Virus record (IMG/VR): IMGVR_UViG_3300020577_006835
Coordinates: 68,588-132,587 of that record
Strand: one strand, 5' to 3'
Length of the DNA stretch: 64,000 bases
From: a virus
Taxonomy: Duplodnaviria; Heunggongvirae; Uroviricota; Caudoviricetes
The notes beneath the pieces were generated by a model. The model was not told the DNA's origin. It saw only the letters and a program-made list of their open reading frames with translations, and searched no databases. The position numbers and the translations under genes are program-made. Shown here in pieces: positions 27,595 to 36,877 of the stretch; the stretch's first letter is position 1; each line of letters opens with the position of its first letter.

Positions 27595-28277
27595 AGGCAG
27601 GAAAGGGGGCTGGCAAGAAAGGTAACGAGTTGACGATCAAGAAGAAGAGAACGCGAGAAGAAGTACTCGCGAGCTTTACCAAGAAGTACAAGGTCGAGGC
27701 CAAGACCGGCTGCTGGGTCTGGCAAGGGGCCGTAGCCAACAGATCCCGAGGGACAGGTATCCGCGGCAACATGCTGGGTGAGACCGGCATCGAGGCTGCG
27801 CACCGAGTCTCGTGGAAGCTATTCAGGCCGGACGAGCCGATCGAGGGCCTCTACGTCGGGCAATCGTGCCACAACGCTCTCTGCGTGAATCCGAAACACT
27901 TGTTCAGCCAGAAGGGTCGACCTGTTCTGGCCGGCGAACATCACCCTCTGTCCAGGCTGAACGACTACACGGTGATGGAGCTGAGGCACCTGCGAGAGCG
28001 CAACCGAAACCGGAACACGCTGCAGAGGCTCGCCGACAGGTACAACGTGTCCAGGGAGGCGGTCCGCAGGATCGTGCACGGCATGTCATTGGGCGGGATG
28101 AAGATCCCCCAGGACATCGTCGAGCAGATCAAGAAGGACTACCAGCCCAAGATCGACATCGTCGAGTTCGTTGGCCTGCCTGAGAACGAGATCGCACGCA
28201 GCACGCTCGAAGGGGCAGCCTCCGGTCGCACCTGGCGACACGTAGGCGAGCCGCCAGTGGACATCGGGTCTCTGTGA
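27591..28277 (+). CDS. HNH endonuclease (HNH_3-type) with C-terminal HTH-like region
   Basis: GCWVWQG...AHRVSWKLF...GLYVGQSCHNALCVNPKHL. Confidence 0.7.
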   Translation: MKAGKGAGKKGNELTIKKKRTREEVLASFTKKYKVEAKTGCWVWQGAVANRSRGTGIRGNMLGETGIEAAHRVSWKLFRPDEPIEGLYVGQSCHNALCVNPKHLFSQKGRPVLAGEHHPLSRLNDYTVMELRHLRERNRNRNTLQRLADRYNVSREAVRRIVHGMSLGGMKIPQDIVEQIKKDYQPKIDIVEFVGLPENEIARSTLEGAASGRTWRHVGEPPVDIGSL

Positions 28278-28531
28278 TCGACCGGGTAGAAGTGGTCAGA
28301 GTGCTCCTCGCGCGTGGCGGTGTCGTCACGCGCGGGGATGTGGAGGCTCTGGTGGAGCGCCTGGACGAGCTGCAGGAGGAGCTGCAGCAGGTGCGACAGG
28401 ACGCCGAAGCGGTGGTCACAGCGGCCGAGGCCTACGCAGACGCGTGCCTGGCCAGCTCCTCGATCGAGGCTTTCGAGGCGCTTCCGACGGTTCTTGAGGG
28501 TTGGCGGAAATTGTACCCTCCGACGAATTGA
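28274..28531 (+). CDS. hypothetical protein
   Basis: ORF track (GTG start). Confidence 0.4.
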   Translation: MIDRVEVVRVLLARGGVVTRGDVEALVERLDELQEELQQVRQDAEAVVTAAEAYADACLASSSIEAFEALPTVLEGWRKLYPPTN

Positions 28532-28594
28532 CATTTTCTCACAGCAGGTATAGCTAGGGCACCTAGAAGGCAGGAAGGATTTTGGATTGACGGT

Positions 28595-29089
28595 ATGCTG
28601 GTGATCTCCGGTGGGCAGTCGGGTGCCGACATCGGCGGAGTGGTCGGAGCGTTCTCAGCCGGCCACTCCTGCCTCTTCATCGCTTTCCGCGGCTTCAAGC
28701 CGCAGGGCCGCGACTCCCTGCCGAGCGTGATCCCGTACAAGGACGCCGTCATGCCCGAGTGGGCAGTGTCCTACCCCCAGATGCTCTTGGCCCGTACGCA
28801 GCACAACGTCGAGCTGGCAGATGCGACCGTGGTCTTCATCAACACGATGCACCTGAAGGACTCGATCGGCTCGCGGCGTACCATGGAGTACGCGCAGAAG
28901 ATGCAGCGTCCTCGACTCCTGCTCACCCTGTTCGGGCAGTCTGATGTCGAGCCGACGGCGAGCGTGTTGTCCGAGTGGGTTCAACGTGTGAAGCCAGAAA
29001 TCCTGAACATTGCAGGAAGCAGAACTTGCGACGAGGACTTGGTGAGTCGCATAACCGAGAAAGGGTTGAAGCAATGCTTGACGGTGTGA
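28595..29089 (+). CDS. SLOG-superfamily Rossmann-like protein (MoCo-carrier/YpsA-like motif ISGGQSGADIGG)
   Basis: N-terminal LVISGGQSGADIGGVVGAFSAG glycine-rich nucleotide-binding-like motif. Confidence 0.35.
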   Translation: MLVISGGQSGADIGGVVGAFSAGHSCLFIAFRGFKPQGRDSLPSVIPYKDAVMPEWAVSYPQMLLARTQHNVELADATVVFINTMHLKDSIGSRRTMEYAQKMQRPRLLLTLFGQSDVEPTASVLSEWVQRVKPEILNIAGSRTCDEDLVSRITEKGLKQCLTV

Positions 29090-29622
29090 AGACGTTCGTA
29101 GACCAGTTGAGAGATCGGAGAGACTACCTCCTGAAAGAGCTGAAGGACACCGAGGAGACGCTGGCCTCGGCCGAGCAGGTGCTGGGCATCACGCCTACGC
29201 CGGTGCAGGCTGTGAAGCCTGTGGCGCTGGCGGAGCCGCCGGCCAACTCGCGTGTGGTTCTCGGCGCGGAGCGGTTCCGTGAGCGTGTGCTGAGCGTCAT
29301 GTCGACCAAGCACACGTGGATGACGAAGAAGGCGATCCACGAGCTGATGGAGCGCACGTCGTCGTCCTACCTCAAGGGTGCGCGTAACCGTTACGCCAAG
29401 GTGGCCGACGCGATCGACGTGCTCACGAAGCGCGGGGCAGTGCTGCGCAATGGGATCTTCTACGGTCTGGAGTCGTACCACGCATTCGACTCGACGCAGA
29501 ACATCGAGGCCTTGCGCCGGTGGAACCACGAGAGCTTGCGAAAGAAGAAGGCGGCATCGCTGAGAGCGTGGGACAGCCGCAGGGGGAGCAACAACCATGG
29601 GGAAGGAGTGGTAGCAGGATGA
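29074..29622 (+). CDS. hypothetical protein
   Basis: ORF 28975..29622, start moved to ATG 29074 (MLDGVKTFVDQL). Confidence 0.5.
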   Translation: MLDGVKTFVDQLRDRRDYLLKELKDTEETLASAEQVLGITPTPVQAVKPVALAEPPANSRVVLGAERFRERVLSVMSTKHTWMTKKAIHELMERTSSSYLKGARNRYAKVADAIDVLTKRGAVLRNGIFYGLESYHAFDSTQNIEALRRWNHESLRKKKAASLRAWDSRRGSNNHGEGVVAG

Positions 29623-30581
29623 TGGGTTCAAACGAGATCGACTTCAGGATCTTCTACGAGAAGATCAAGGAGGATCGCGTCAAGCTCGTAGACAGCATCG
29701 AGGCTGATCTGCAGCGTGTGCGCGAGGTGGACGAGCTGCTGGAGCGCATCGCGCGTCACCACGGCTTCGAGCACAACGGCAACGGGCACGTGCCGACGCC
29801 GGAAGTGCAGGCACCGCAGAAGGCGGCCAAGATCGCCACGATCAAGGCCAAGGACGGTACCGAAGAGCGCAAGTACATCGTCATCGACGGCAAGAAGAAG
29901 CTCACGCCGAGGACGATCCGTATTCGCGACGGGTACTCGATCGACAAGGACACCGGCTACGTGAGGCACACCGCCCTGCGTGCTGGCATCGACGCTCTGC
30001 GCCGACTGGGTGCGGGCTCGACGCTGGACGAGATCTGCAAGGAGATCGCCAGGGTCGGCGGCGAAGTGGACCGGAACAAGCTGCGCACCTCGTTGCGCCG
30101 CAACGGCAACCAGGGCGTGGCCGCGGTCTACGCCGAGAAGACGGACAACCCGGGCATCGCCCGCTACTTCCTGTGGGAGTGGCGTCCGGGGACGAAGCAG
30201 GGCAAGGCCGCGATCCAGATCCTCCGTCTGCAGAAGGTCGGCGACAAGCTGGTCCCGCCCAAGTACGACAAGAACGGTCTGCCTCTGGTGAAGGCGAAGC
30301 CGGTCACCGAGGAGACGAAGGCCGCTGCGGAGCCGGTGGTCGAAGAGCGTCCCCCGGTCAAGGTCGAGGAGCGCGCAAAGGCCCCTTCCGGCAACGAGCC
30401 TCCCCATCTCGACCCGTCGTGGGACGACGCGCGGATCTGGAACGCCATGTCCTCGCCGCAGCGCAACTACATGGTGAACTCGGCCAGCAACGGCCAGCCC
30501 CGCATCCGTCCGCTCAAGTTCGCACTGGAGCCTGAGTGGGCGGCCAAGGTCCACCGCGGGGAGATCACGGCAGACGAATGA
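29619..30581 (+). CDS. hypothetical protein
   Basis: ORF 29520..30581, start moved to ATG 29619 (MMGSNEIDF) after RBS GGAAGGAG. Confidence 0.55.
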   Translation: MMGSNEIDFRIFYEKIKEDRVKLVDSIEADLQRVREVDELLERIARHHGFEHNGNGHVPTPEVQAPQKAAKIATIKAKDGTEERKYIVIDGKKKLTPRTIRIRDGYSIDKDTGYVRHTALRAGIDALRRLGAGSTLDEICKEIARVGGEVDRNKLRTSLRRNGNQGVAAVYAEKTDNPGIARYFLWEWRPGTKQGKAAIQILRLQKVGDKLVPPKYDKNGLPLVKAKPVTEETKAAAEPVVEERPPVKVEERAKAPSGNEPPHLDPSWDDARIWNAMSSPQRNYMVNSASNGQPRIRPLKFALEPEWAAKVHRGEITADE

Positions 30582-30958
30582 TGCGCGTCAAGGCAGCAGC
30601 AGCTGCCCCTGCACGCTACATGGAGGGTGGGCGTCCGAGGGTGATCCTCGGACGTCTGTCCGACACCAAGCTGGGGCTCCTGTACAACCTGCTCAACACC
30701 AAGCTCTCGCGGACCGTGCATGTAGACCAGCGAGACGTGACGAGCATGGTCGACGAGCTGCGCGCGTGGCGTGAGGTCTACGGCGACCTGCGCGGTCTGA
30801 AGGCGGCCAAGGCCGAGATGGTCAAGGCTGCAGCCGAGGCCGACTACGAAGAGGCCGGCGCTCTGATGACCCGGATCGCCGAGGTGAGCGACAGCATCAA
30901 ACAGCTGGAGCAGGGGCTCGAAGACCTGTACAGAAGCACGCAGCAAGTAGGGAAGTGA
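30578..30958 (+). CDS. hypothetical protein with UVR-like helical motif
   Basis: ORF 30536..30958, start moved to ATG 30578; EMVKAAAEADYEEAGALMTRIAEVSDSIKQL. Confidence 0.45.
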   Translation: MMRVKAAAAAPARYMEGGRPRVILGRLSDTKLGLLYNLLNTKLSRTVHVDQRDVTSMVDELRAWREVYGDLRGLKAAKAEMVKAAAEADYEEAGALMTRIAEVSDSIKQLEQGLEDLYRSTQQVGK

Positions 30959-30979
30959 CCCCAGCCTTGGGATGAAAGG

Positions 30980-33046
30980 ATGATGATGAACGTGTTGGAG
31001 TACGCAATCTCGTTCGTGTTGCTGAACGCGCTTTGGGTGGTTCCGCTCGGAGTCGCGCTCATCGTGTCCATGAGATCGCTGCACCAGATCGGCCCCACCG
31101 AGGTCGGCCTGGTGAACAAGCTGTTCAGCTTCAAGAAGCTGGACTCCGGCTCGCCGATCGCCTTCAACGGTGAGGCCGGCTACCAGGCCGAGCTGCTGAC
31201 GCCTGGTCTGCGCTGGAAGACCTGGCCTATCTACCGCGTCGAGAAGCACCCTTGGGTGCAGGTGCCGCCGGAGCAGATCGGCCTCGTGGTGGCCCAGGTT
31301 GGTGATCCGATCCCGGTCGGAGCCAAGTCCGGAGTCTACAAGGAGGTGTTCGGCAACTTCGCCGATCTCAACGCCTTCATCCAAAACGGTGGGCAGAAGG
31401 GTGTGCAGCGCCCCGTGCTTCCGCCGGGCACCATCGCGCCGATCCACCCGATCGGATTCCTGGTATTGACCATGGAACACATGTTCGGTCTCCCTGTGGC
31501 CGACGACTGGCAGGGTGTGGATCACGCTCAGTTCCTGAGGTCGATCGGCCTCAACCCGAGCGACCTGCGAGTGACGCGCATCGAGCCGCAACACGACGAG
31601 CAGTCGGGCAAGGTGGTCGACGTCATCGGCATCGTGACCACGGGCGAGGGTGGACCGCTGCCTTCGACCGACATCGCCGGTCGGCTCGGCGGCTTCGACG
31701 ACATCGAGCAGGCCATCAACAAGGGCATGGACCAGGGTCAGCTGGTCGACATGGTGCTCGGCAACAAGAACACGCTGCACAACAACTACCAGGACTTCCA
31801 GAAGTTCCTGGACAACGGCGGCTGCATCGGTCTGCAGCACGACCCTCTGATGTACGGTGCCTACAACCTGAACCCGTTCCTGGTCGACGTCGAGATCATG
31901 CGCATGACGACCATCGACCAGGGCCAGGTGGGCGTGGTCAAGGCGTACGTCGGTCTCCCGACGCAGGACGTCTCTGGCGAGGCCTTCAAGTTCGGCGTGC
32001 TCGTCTCCCCTGGCCGTCGTGGCATCTGGGCCGAGCCGCTGCGCACGGGCAAGTACCCGATCAACCCGCGCTGCTACCAGATCGAGAAGGTGCCCACGTC
32101 GATCCTCACGCTCAACTGGGCCGAGGCCCGCAGCCGGGCGCACGACCTCGACGGCCACCTGTCGCAGATCGAGGCCAAGTCGAAGGAGGGCTTCGTCTTC
32201 AGGCTCGACCTGCAGGTGCAGATCCACGTCGCCGACAAGAACGCCCCGCGCGTGATCTCGGCCGTGGCCACGATGCAGAACCTGGTCAACGAAGTGCTGC
32301 AGGCGGCCGTGGGCAACCACTTCCGCGACAAGCTGCAGTCGATGGAGGCCGTGCAGTTCATCGAGCGCCGTGGCGAGGTGCAGCAGGAGGCCTACGAGCT
32401 GATCAGGGGCAAGCTGGACGACTACCACGTCGAGACGCCGGGTGTGTACATCCAGGACGTCGTGCTGCCCGAGGAGCTGGTCAAGGTCCTCAAGGAGCGC
32501 GAGATCGCCAACCAGTCGATCCAGACCTTCGAGATGAAGCGGCAGGCCGAGGACAAGCGCACGCAGACCGAGCGCGCCCGCGGTCTGGCCGAGAAGCAGG
32601 CCGCACTGGCAGCCTCCGAGGTCGACATCAAGATCAAGGAGAACAACGCGAGCGCCCGCAAGGCCGAGGCGCTGGGCGAGGCCTCCTACGTCAAGGAGGT
32701 CGGCGAGGCGCAGGCGGCCCCGATCCGTGCCGAGGCACTGGCCCGTGCCGAGGGCATCAGGGCAGAGGGCCTGGCTCGCGCAGAGGGCTACCAGAAGCAG
32801 GTGGCCGCTCTGGGGCAGGGGCCGACGGCGCTCATCAACGCGGTCTCCGAGCTGTCGGACATCAAGACCCGCTTCGTGCCCGAGATCCTGATCAACGGGG
32901 GCGGCGGCAGCACGGCGGACGGCCTGTTCGCCGTTCTCATGCGCTACCTGAGCCTGCCTGGCTCGACGGCGGCCGACATCGAGACCACGGCAGCCAGTGC
33001 CCAGGTGGACGACACCACCAAGGCCAACAACACGCTGCTCTCCTGA
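30980..33046 (+). CDS. SPFH/band-7 (flotillin/YqiK-like) membrane protein, 688 aa
   Basis: N-terminal TM segment, SPFH-like core, long coiled-coil with Ala/Glu repeats (AEALARAEGIRAEGLARAEG) typical of flotillins. Confidence 0.7.
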   Translation: MMMNVLEYAISFVLLNALWVVPLGVALIVSMRSLHQIGPTEVGLVNKLFSFKKLDSGSPIAFNGEAGYQAELLTPGLRWKTWPIYRVEKHPWVQVPPEQIGLVVAQVGDPIPVGAKSGVYKEVFGNFADLNAFIQNGGQKGVQRPVLPPGTIAPIHPIGFLVLTMEHMFGLPVADDWQGVDHAQFLRSIGLNPSDLRVTRIEPQHDEQSGKVVDVIGIVTTGEGGPLPSTDIAGRLGGFDDIEQAINKGMDQGQLVDMVLGNKNTLHNNYQDFQKFLDNGGCIGLQHDPLMYGAYNLNPFLVDVEIMRMTTIDQGQVGVVKAYVGLPTQDVSGEAFKFGVLVSPGRRGIWAEPLRTGKYPINPRCYQIEKVPTSILTLNWAEARSRAHDLDGHLSQIEAKSKEGFVFRLDLQVQIHVADKNAPRVISAVATMQNLVNEVLQAAVGNHFRDKLQSMEAVQFIERRGEVQQEAYELIRGKLDDYHVETPGVYIQDVVLPEELVKVLKEREIANQSIQTFEMKRQAEDKRTQTERARGLAEKQAALAASEVDIKIKENNASARKAEALGEASYVKEVGEAQAAPIRAEALARAEGIRAEGLARAEGYQKQVAALGQGPTALINAVSELSDIKTRFVPEILINGGGGSTADGLFAVLMRYLSLPGSTAADIETTAASAQVDDTTKANNTLLS

Positions 33047-33064
33047 CACAAACGTCTTGAAGGT

Positions 33065-33325
33065 TTGGTAGGATCGTGCGATAGGGCTCGCACACCTGAG
33101 GGGGATGAGTTGGAACGCACGGAGCTGTACCAGTACCTTCAAGAGAATCAGATGCTGATCGAGTCCCTGTCCAACAGTGGCCGGGGGATCTGCAAGCGCA
33201 TCACCAAGCTCAAGAGTCAGCACCTGGAGCATCCGGCTGACCAGGGAGTACTCAGCTCCCTGGTCAGCGCGGTGTCCGAGTTCCGGGCCGAGATGCGACA
33301 ACAGGAGAGGAGGGCCGGCAAGTGA
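33065..33325 (+). CDS. small hypothetical protein
   Basis: ORF track (TTG start). Confidence 0.3.
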   Translation: MVGSCDRARTPEGDELERTELYQYLQENQMLIESLSNSGRGICKRITKLKSQHLEHPADQGVLSSLVSAVSEFRAEMRQQERRAGK

Positions 33326-33528
33326 CCCAGAAGGCCGATAAGGCGATCGAAGCGGTCATGGCCGGCGAAGAGGCGTCCGATGTGGTAGACGCGCTGGGAG
33401 AGGGCGCCTTCTCGGCGGCGATGCCGTTGGAGAGGAGGAGCACCTTCGCAAGATCAGGGAAGGCAGCGGGCACCAGGTACAAGTCGGCCAAGAGGCTGGC
33501 ACCTGTGCCGGTCAAGCCTCCCTCGTAA
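33322..33528 (+). CDS. small hypothetical protein
   Basis: ORF track (GTG start). Confidence 0.35.
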   Translation: MTQKADKAIEAVMAGEEASDVVDALGEGAFSAAMPLERRSTFARSGKAAGTRYKSAKRLAPVPVKPPS

Positions 33529-33539
33529 GGTAGAGGTGG

Positions 33540-33773
33540 ATGGCAGAACGAAAGAAGTTGACGCTGAGGGAAGAGCGGGCACAGCAGAAGAAGATGATGG
33601 CGAAGTACGTGGACAACGTCTTCGCCCACCTGCGCAGGAACCCGGGTCGACCGGTGCCCATGCGCAAGCTCGCCGAGACGCAGGAAATGAAGCCGTGGCT
33701 CCCGCCGGGTTTCCCGGAGGAGATCACGAAGAAGTGGGGCCTGAACTCAGGGAAGCTTGCTGACCTGAGCTGA
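33540..33773 (+). CDS. small hypothetical protein
   Basis: ORF track. Confidence 0.4.
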   Translation: MAERKKLTLREERAQQKKMMAKYVDNVFAHLRRNPGRPVPMRKLAETQEMKPWLPPGFPEEITKKWGLNSGKLADLS

Positions 33774-33793
33774 GGTCCCTTTCGCGTTGTGGT

Positions 33794-34141
33794 GTGGTGG
33801 GGTGGAGGTGGTTGAGAGTGAAAGGATTGGTCCACGCGGAAGAGGGGATCGACTCCTCTCCGATTGTCTGGACGTCTGCAAGGTTGCTCGCTCTGGGTGT
33901 ACTTCACCAGGCGGCACACGATTTCTGGAAGGACGACGACCCAGAAGCTGAGGCTGAGAGCGCACGCGAGTGGTTCTACCAAGGTGATGTCGGCGAGCTG
34001 CCGTACTACCGGGTGTGCCAGGAGCTGCGCATCGACCCGGACTGGTTCCTCGACAGAGTCGAGAGAGACCGTCGCGCCTTCAAGGGTATCCACAGACCGT
34101 CAAGCGCGAACGCACCGATGCGGATCTCGCTGAACGACTGA
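33794..34141 (+). CDS. hypothetical protein
   Basis: ORF track (GTG start). Confidence 0.4.
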   Translation: MVGWRWLRVKGLVHAEEGIDSSPIVWTSARLLALGVLHQAAHDFWKDDDPEAEAESAREWFYQGDVGELPYYRVCQELRIDPDWFLDRVERDRRAFKGIHRPSSANAPMRISLND

Positions 34142-34146
34142 CCCTG

Positions 34147-34173
34147 TTGACAAGCCTGTCATGCGTGTGCTAA
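34147..34173 (+). promoter_or_regulatory. promoter-like motif TTGACA-N14-GTGCTAA
   Basis: gTTGACAagcctgtcatgcgtGTGCTAAaccacccgcATG, coordinates +/-1. Confidence 0.5.
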
Positions 34174-34182
34174 ACCACCCGC

Positions 34183-34410
34183 ATGGCAGACAACCCAAAC
34201 CAAGCACGAGGAGTCGTCAGAGTGTCGGCCCTCGTGCTTGGCCTACTCGCGATCGTCGCGATGTACCAAGGCCTGCACGCCTTCATGAGCGTGGACAACT
34301 ATGAGGGCGGCCGCTGGTACGCAGTCATGGCCCTCGGCTGGGCCATCTACCTGCTGGGCCTCCGAGCGCTGGCGACCGTGCTCGGCTTCATCATGTACGG
34401 GGAACGCTGA
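34183..34410 (+). CDS. small two-TM membrane protein
   Basis: ORF track; hydrophobic segments VSALVLGLLAIVAMY and YAVMALGWAIYLLGLRALATVLGFIMY. Confidence 0.45.
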   Translation: MADNPNQARGVVRVSALVLGLLAIVAMYQGLHAFMSVDNYEGGRWYAVMALGWAIYLLGLRALATVLGFIMYGER

Positions 34411-34411
34411 C

Positions 34412-35497
34412 TTGTACCTGCTGCTCTTGATGGTGGTGCCCCTGGTGGTGGGTGCTGTCGCGATGTTTACCTCGCGCGGCCGAGTCACCTGGAAAGAGTT
34501 CCTGGCCATGGAGGCGCTCTGCCTCTTCCTGCTCGGCGCTGGTGTTTTCATCGCCCGGTGGACGGCCACCTACGACGTCGAGGTCTGGAGCGGCCGCATC
34601 GTCAGCAAGAAGAAGGACTGGGTCTCCTGCGAACACAGCTACAGCTGCAACTGCAGGACAACCGGCAGCGGCAAGAAGAAGAGCACGACCTGCGACACCT
34701 GCTACGAGCACAGCAACGACTGGGACTGGTTGCTCTTCACCTCGAACGGTGAGCGGGTCGAGATCGAGCGCATCGACAGGCGCGGGTCTCAAACACCGCC
34801 GCGGTGGGAGGCTGCCAAGGTTGGCGACGCGACTGCGATCACGCACGCGTTCGACAACTACATCAAGGCCAACCCGGACTCCGTGCTCCGCTTGTCGGGC
34901 ACCATGGAGGCCTACTCTCTGCCCGAGTACCCGAACACGGTCTACGACTACTACTACGTGAACCGAGTGGTCGGTGACGCACCTGTACCCAACAGGCAGA
35001 TGTGGGAGTGGCAGGTCGCAGAGCTGAACGCAGACCTGGGCCGCGCCAAGCAGGTGAACGTGGTCTTCGTCTTCACCAAGCAGGACCCAGGCTTCACCGA
35101 GGCCCTGCGAGAGAAGTGGATCGGCGGCAAGAAGAACGACCTGATCATCATCTTCGGCACCAAGGACGGGACCTTCCTCGACTGGGTCAACATCATCTCC
35201 TGGACCGATTCGGAGATGCTCAAGGTGCAGCTGCGCGATGAGCTGTTGGCCATCAAGGACCTGGGCTACCGAGGCCCGATCCTCGACACCGTCAAGCGCA
35301 TGGTCAAGGAGCAGTTCGTCAGGAAGCCGATGGCCGACTTCAAGTACTTGATGGCCGGCCTGCAGCCTGGGCCAGGAGCGATCGGCGCGCTGTTCTTCCT
35401 GTCGATCGCACTCTCGTGTGGGCTCGTGTTCTGGTTCCACAAGGAAGACGTTTTCGGGGACGAGGATGTCCCTGCAGCATGGAGGAGGAGAGTATGA
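34412..35497 (+). CDS. membrane protein (N-terminal and C-terminal TM helices; Cys-rich segment CEHSYSCNCRTTGSGKKKSTTCDTCYEH)
   Basis: Part of ORF 34301..35497; start set at TTG 34412 just after the previous stop (an alternative ATG is at 34430). Confidence 0.5.
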   Translation: MYLLLLMVVPLVVGAVAMFTSRGRVTWKEFLAMEALCLFLLGAGVFIARWTATYDVEVWSGRIVSKKKDWVSCEHSYSCNCRTTGSGKKKSTTCDTCYEHSNDWDWLLFTSNGERVEIERIDRRGSQTPPRWEAAKVGDATAITHAFDNYIKANPDSVLRLSGTMEAYSLPEYPNTVYDYYYVNRVVGDAPVPNRQMWEWQVAELNADLGRAKQVNVVFVFTKQDPGFTEALREKWIGGKKNDLIIIFGTKDGTFLDWVNIISWTDSEMLKVQLRDELLAIKDLGYRGPILDTVKRMVKEQFVRKPMADFKYLMAGLQPGPGAIGALFFLSIALSCGLVFWFHKEDVFGDEDVPAAWRRRV

Positions 35498-36078
35498 AGG
35501 CAGTAGCAGCAGTCGCAGCGTTGTTCGGAGTGGTCATCGTCTTCGCCCTGGGTGTGGTGCTGGCAGGCGTCGGCTACCGCAACGGCGCCGTGCGCTTCGA
35601 GAACGCGATCGAAGCGTCGTACACCAACAACCAGAACGTGTACGACAACGGGTGGAAGGAAGTGAAGGAGAAGGCGCAGGTGCCGACTCTGGCCGAGAGC
35701 CAGCTGGAGAAGCTCTACAAGTCGGCCTTGCAGGGCCGCTACGGCGACAAGGGGTCGCAGGCCGTGGTCCAGTTCATCCAGGAGCAGAACCCGCATCTGG
35801 AGCCCGCCCTGTACGTGCAGATCCAGCAGTCGGTCGAAGCCTTCAGGCGCAGCTTCACGTCGCACCAGACGACGCTGATCTCGCAGAAGCAGGCCTACAA
35901 GAACTACCTCGACGCCTCGATCAGCGGCATCGTGTTCAACGGTTTCTTCGGCTTTCCGCACATCGACCTGACCAAGTTCGACATCATCACGTCCGACCAG
36001 ACGCAGCAGGACTTCGAGACCAAGAAGTCACAACCGATCGACCTGATCAGCGACAGGCCATTGCAACCGGAGAAGTAA
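35494..36078 (+). CDS. LemA-family membrane protein
   Basis: ORF 35416..36078, start moved to ATG 35494 with RBS; N-terminal TM, then NGAVRFENAIEASYTNNQNVYDNGWKEVKEKAQVPTLAESQLEKLYKSALQGRYG, which is LemA-like. Confidence 0.65.
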   Translation: MKAVAAVAALFGVVIVFALGVVLAGVGYRNGAVRFENAIEASYTNNQNVYDNGWKEVKEKAQVPTLAESQLEKLYKSALQGRYGDKGSQAVVQFIQEQNPHLEPALYVQIQQSVEAFRRSFTSHQTTLISQKQAYKNYLDASISGIVFNGFFGFPHIDLTKFDIITSDQTQQDFETKKSQPIDLISDRPLQPEK

Positions 36079-36386
36079 GCAGTGACGGCTGCTGCACGTG
36101 TAAGCTGACGTGCGACAGCATGGGTCGGTGCAGGAATCACGGCCACTGGTCGTCGGTGACGGCGACAGAAGCGAGTGGGTACGGAGGCGACAACGGCGCC
36201 AGAGTTCCGTCGAAAGGTTCCATGCCAGCCGGGGTGTCCGGGTTCGATCCCTGGGGATACCGCACCAAGTCGGAGGAAGAGCCGACCAGCCGTTCACGAC
36301 CGTGAAACCCATACCGGTTGACAAGAAACGCGGATCTGGGCATAGTCGGTGATCAACGCGAGAGTGGCGAAATTGGCAGCACGCGC

Positions 36387-36833
36387 ATGGGGATGAGCAA
36401 GGAACAAGCACGAGTCTACCACCGCTCCTACTACTACAAGCGGCGACAGAAGCTCTACGATTTCCTCGGTGGAAAGTGCGTGGTGTGCGGTGCAACAGAA
36501 GACCTTGAGTTTGATCACATTGACCCTGCACAGAAGTCGTTCGACATCAAGGATAACCTCACGCTCAGTGAGGCTGTGAAGCAAGAGTTGGAGAAGTGCC
36601 AGTTGTTGTGCCGCGCGCACCACACCGAGAAAACCATCCGGGCGCAGATCAAGGTCAGCTTCGAGCATGGCACGTCGTACGGGTGGCGCAGGGCGCGTTG
36701 TAGTTGTGTAGCGTGCTCGGAGGCCCGCTGGCACTACTACGACAGGCGCAACGCGGCTCGACGTCGCGTGAGAGACAAGCCAAACAAGACCAAGAGACAG
36801 GCTGGGGTGACGGGAACTGGCATACCTCACTGA
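36387..36833 (+). CDS. HNH endonuclease (same family as 24658..25107)
   Basis: ORF 36318..36833, start moved to ATG 36387; GGKCVVCGATEDLEFDHIDPAQK...KCQLLCRAHH; 3' end overlaps the tRNA-like element at 36801. Confidence 0.7.
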   Translation: MGMSKEQARVYHRSYYYKRRQKLYDFLGGKCVVCGATEDLEFDHIDPAQKSFDIKDNLTLSEAVKQELEKCQLLCRAHHTEKTIRAQIKVSFEHGTSYGWRRARCSCVACSEARWHYYDRRNAARRRVRDKPNKTKRQAGVTGTGIPH

Positions 36834-36876
36834 TTCAAAACCAGTGGCACTGTGGGTTCGAGTCCCACCCCCAGTA
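36801..36876 (+). tRNA. tRNA-like gene, anticodon CAA? (irregular D-arm; low confidence)
   Basis: 7-bp acceptor GCTGGGG/CCCCAGT and T-arm GTGGGTTCGAGTCCCAC are good; anticodon stem ACTGA/CCAGT with loop TTCAAAA; D-arm is poor. Confidence 0.35.
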
Positions 36877-36877
36877 T

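Noticed and set aside
36225-36270. T-arm-like sequence GTCCGGGTTCGATCCCTGG...CACCA between LemA and HNH
   Set aside because: No complementary 5' acceptor strand or D-arm could be found within 100 nt upstream. It is probably a tRNA remnant or a chance match.
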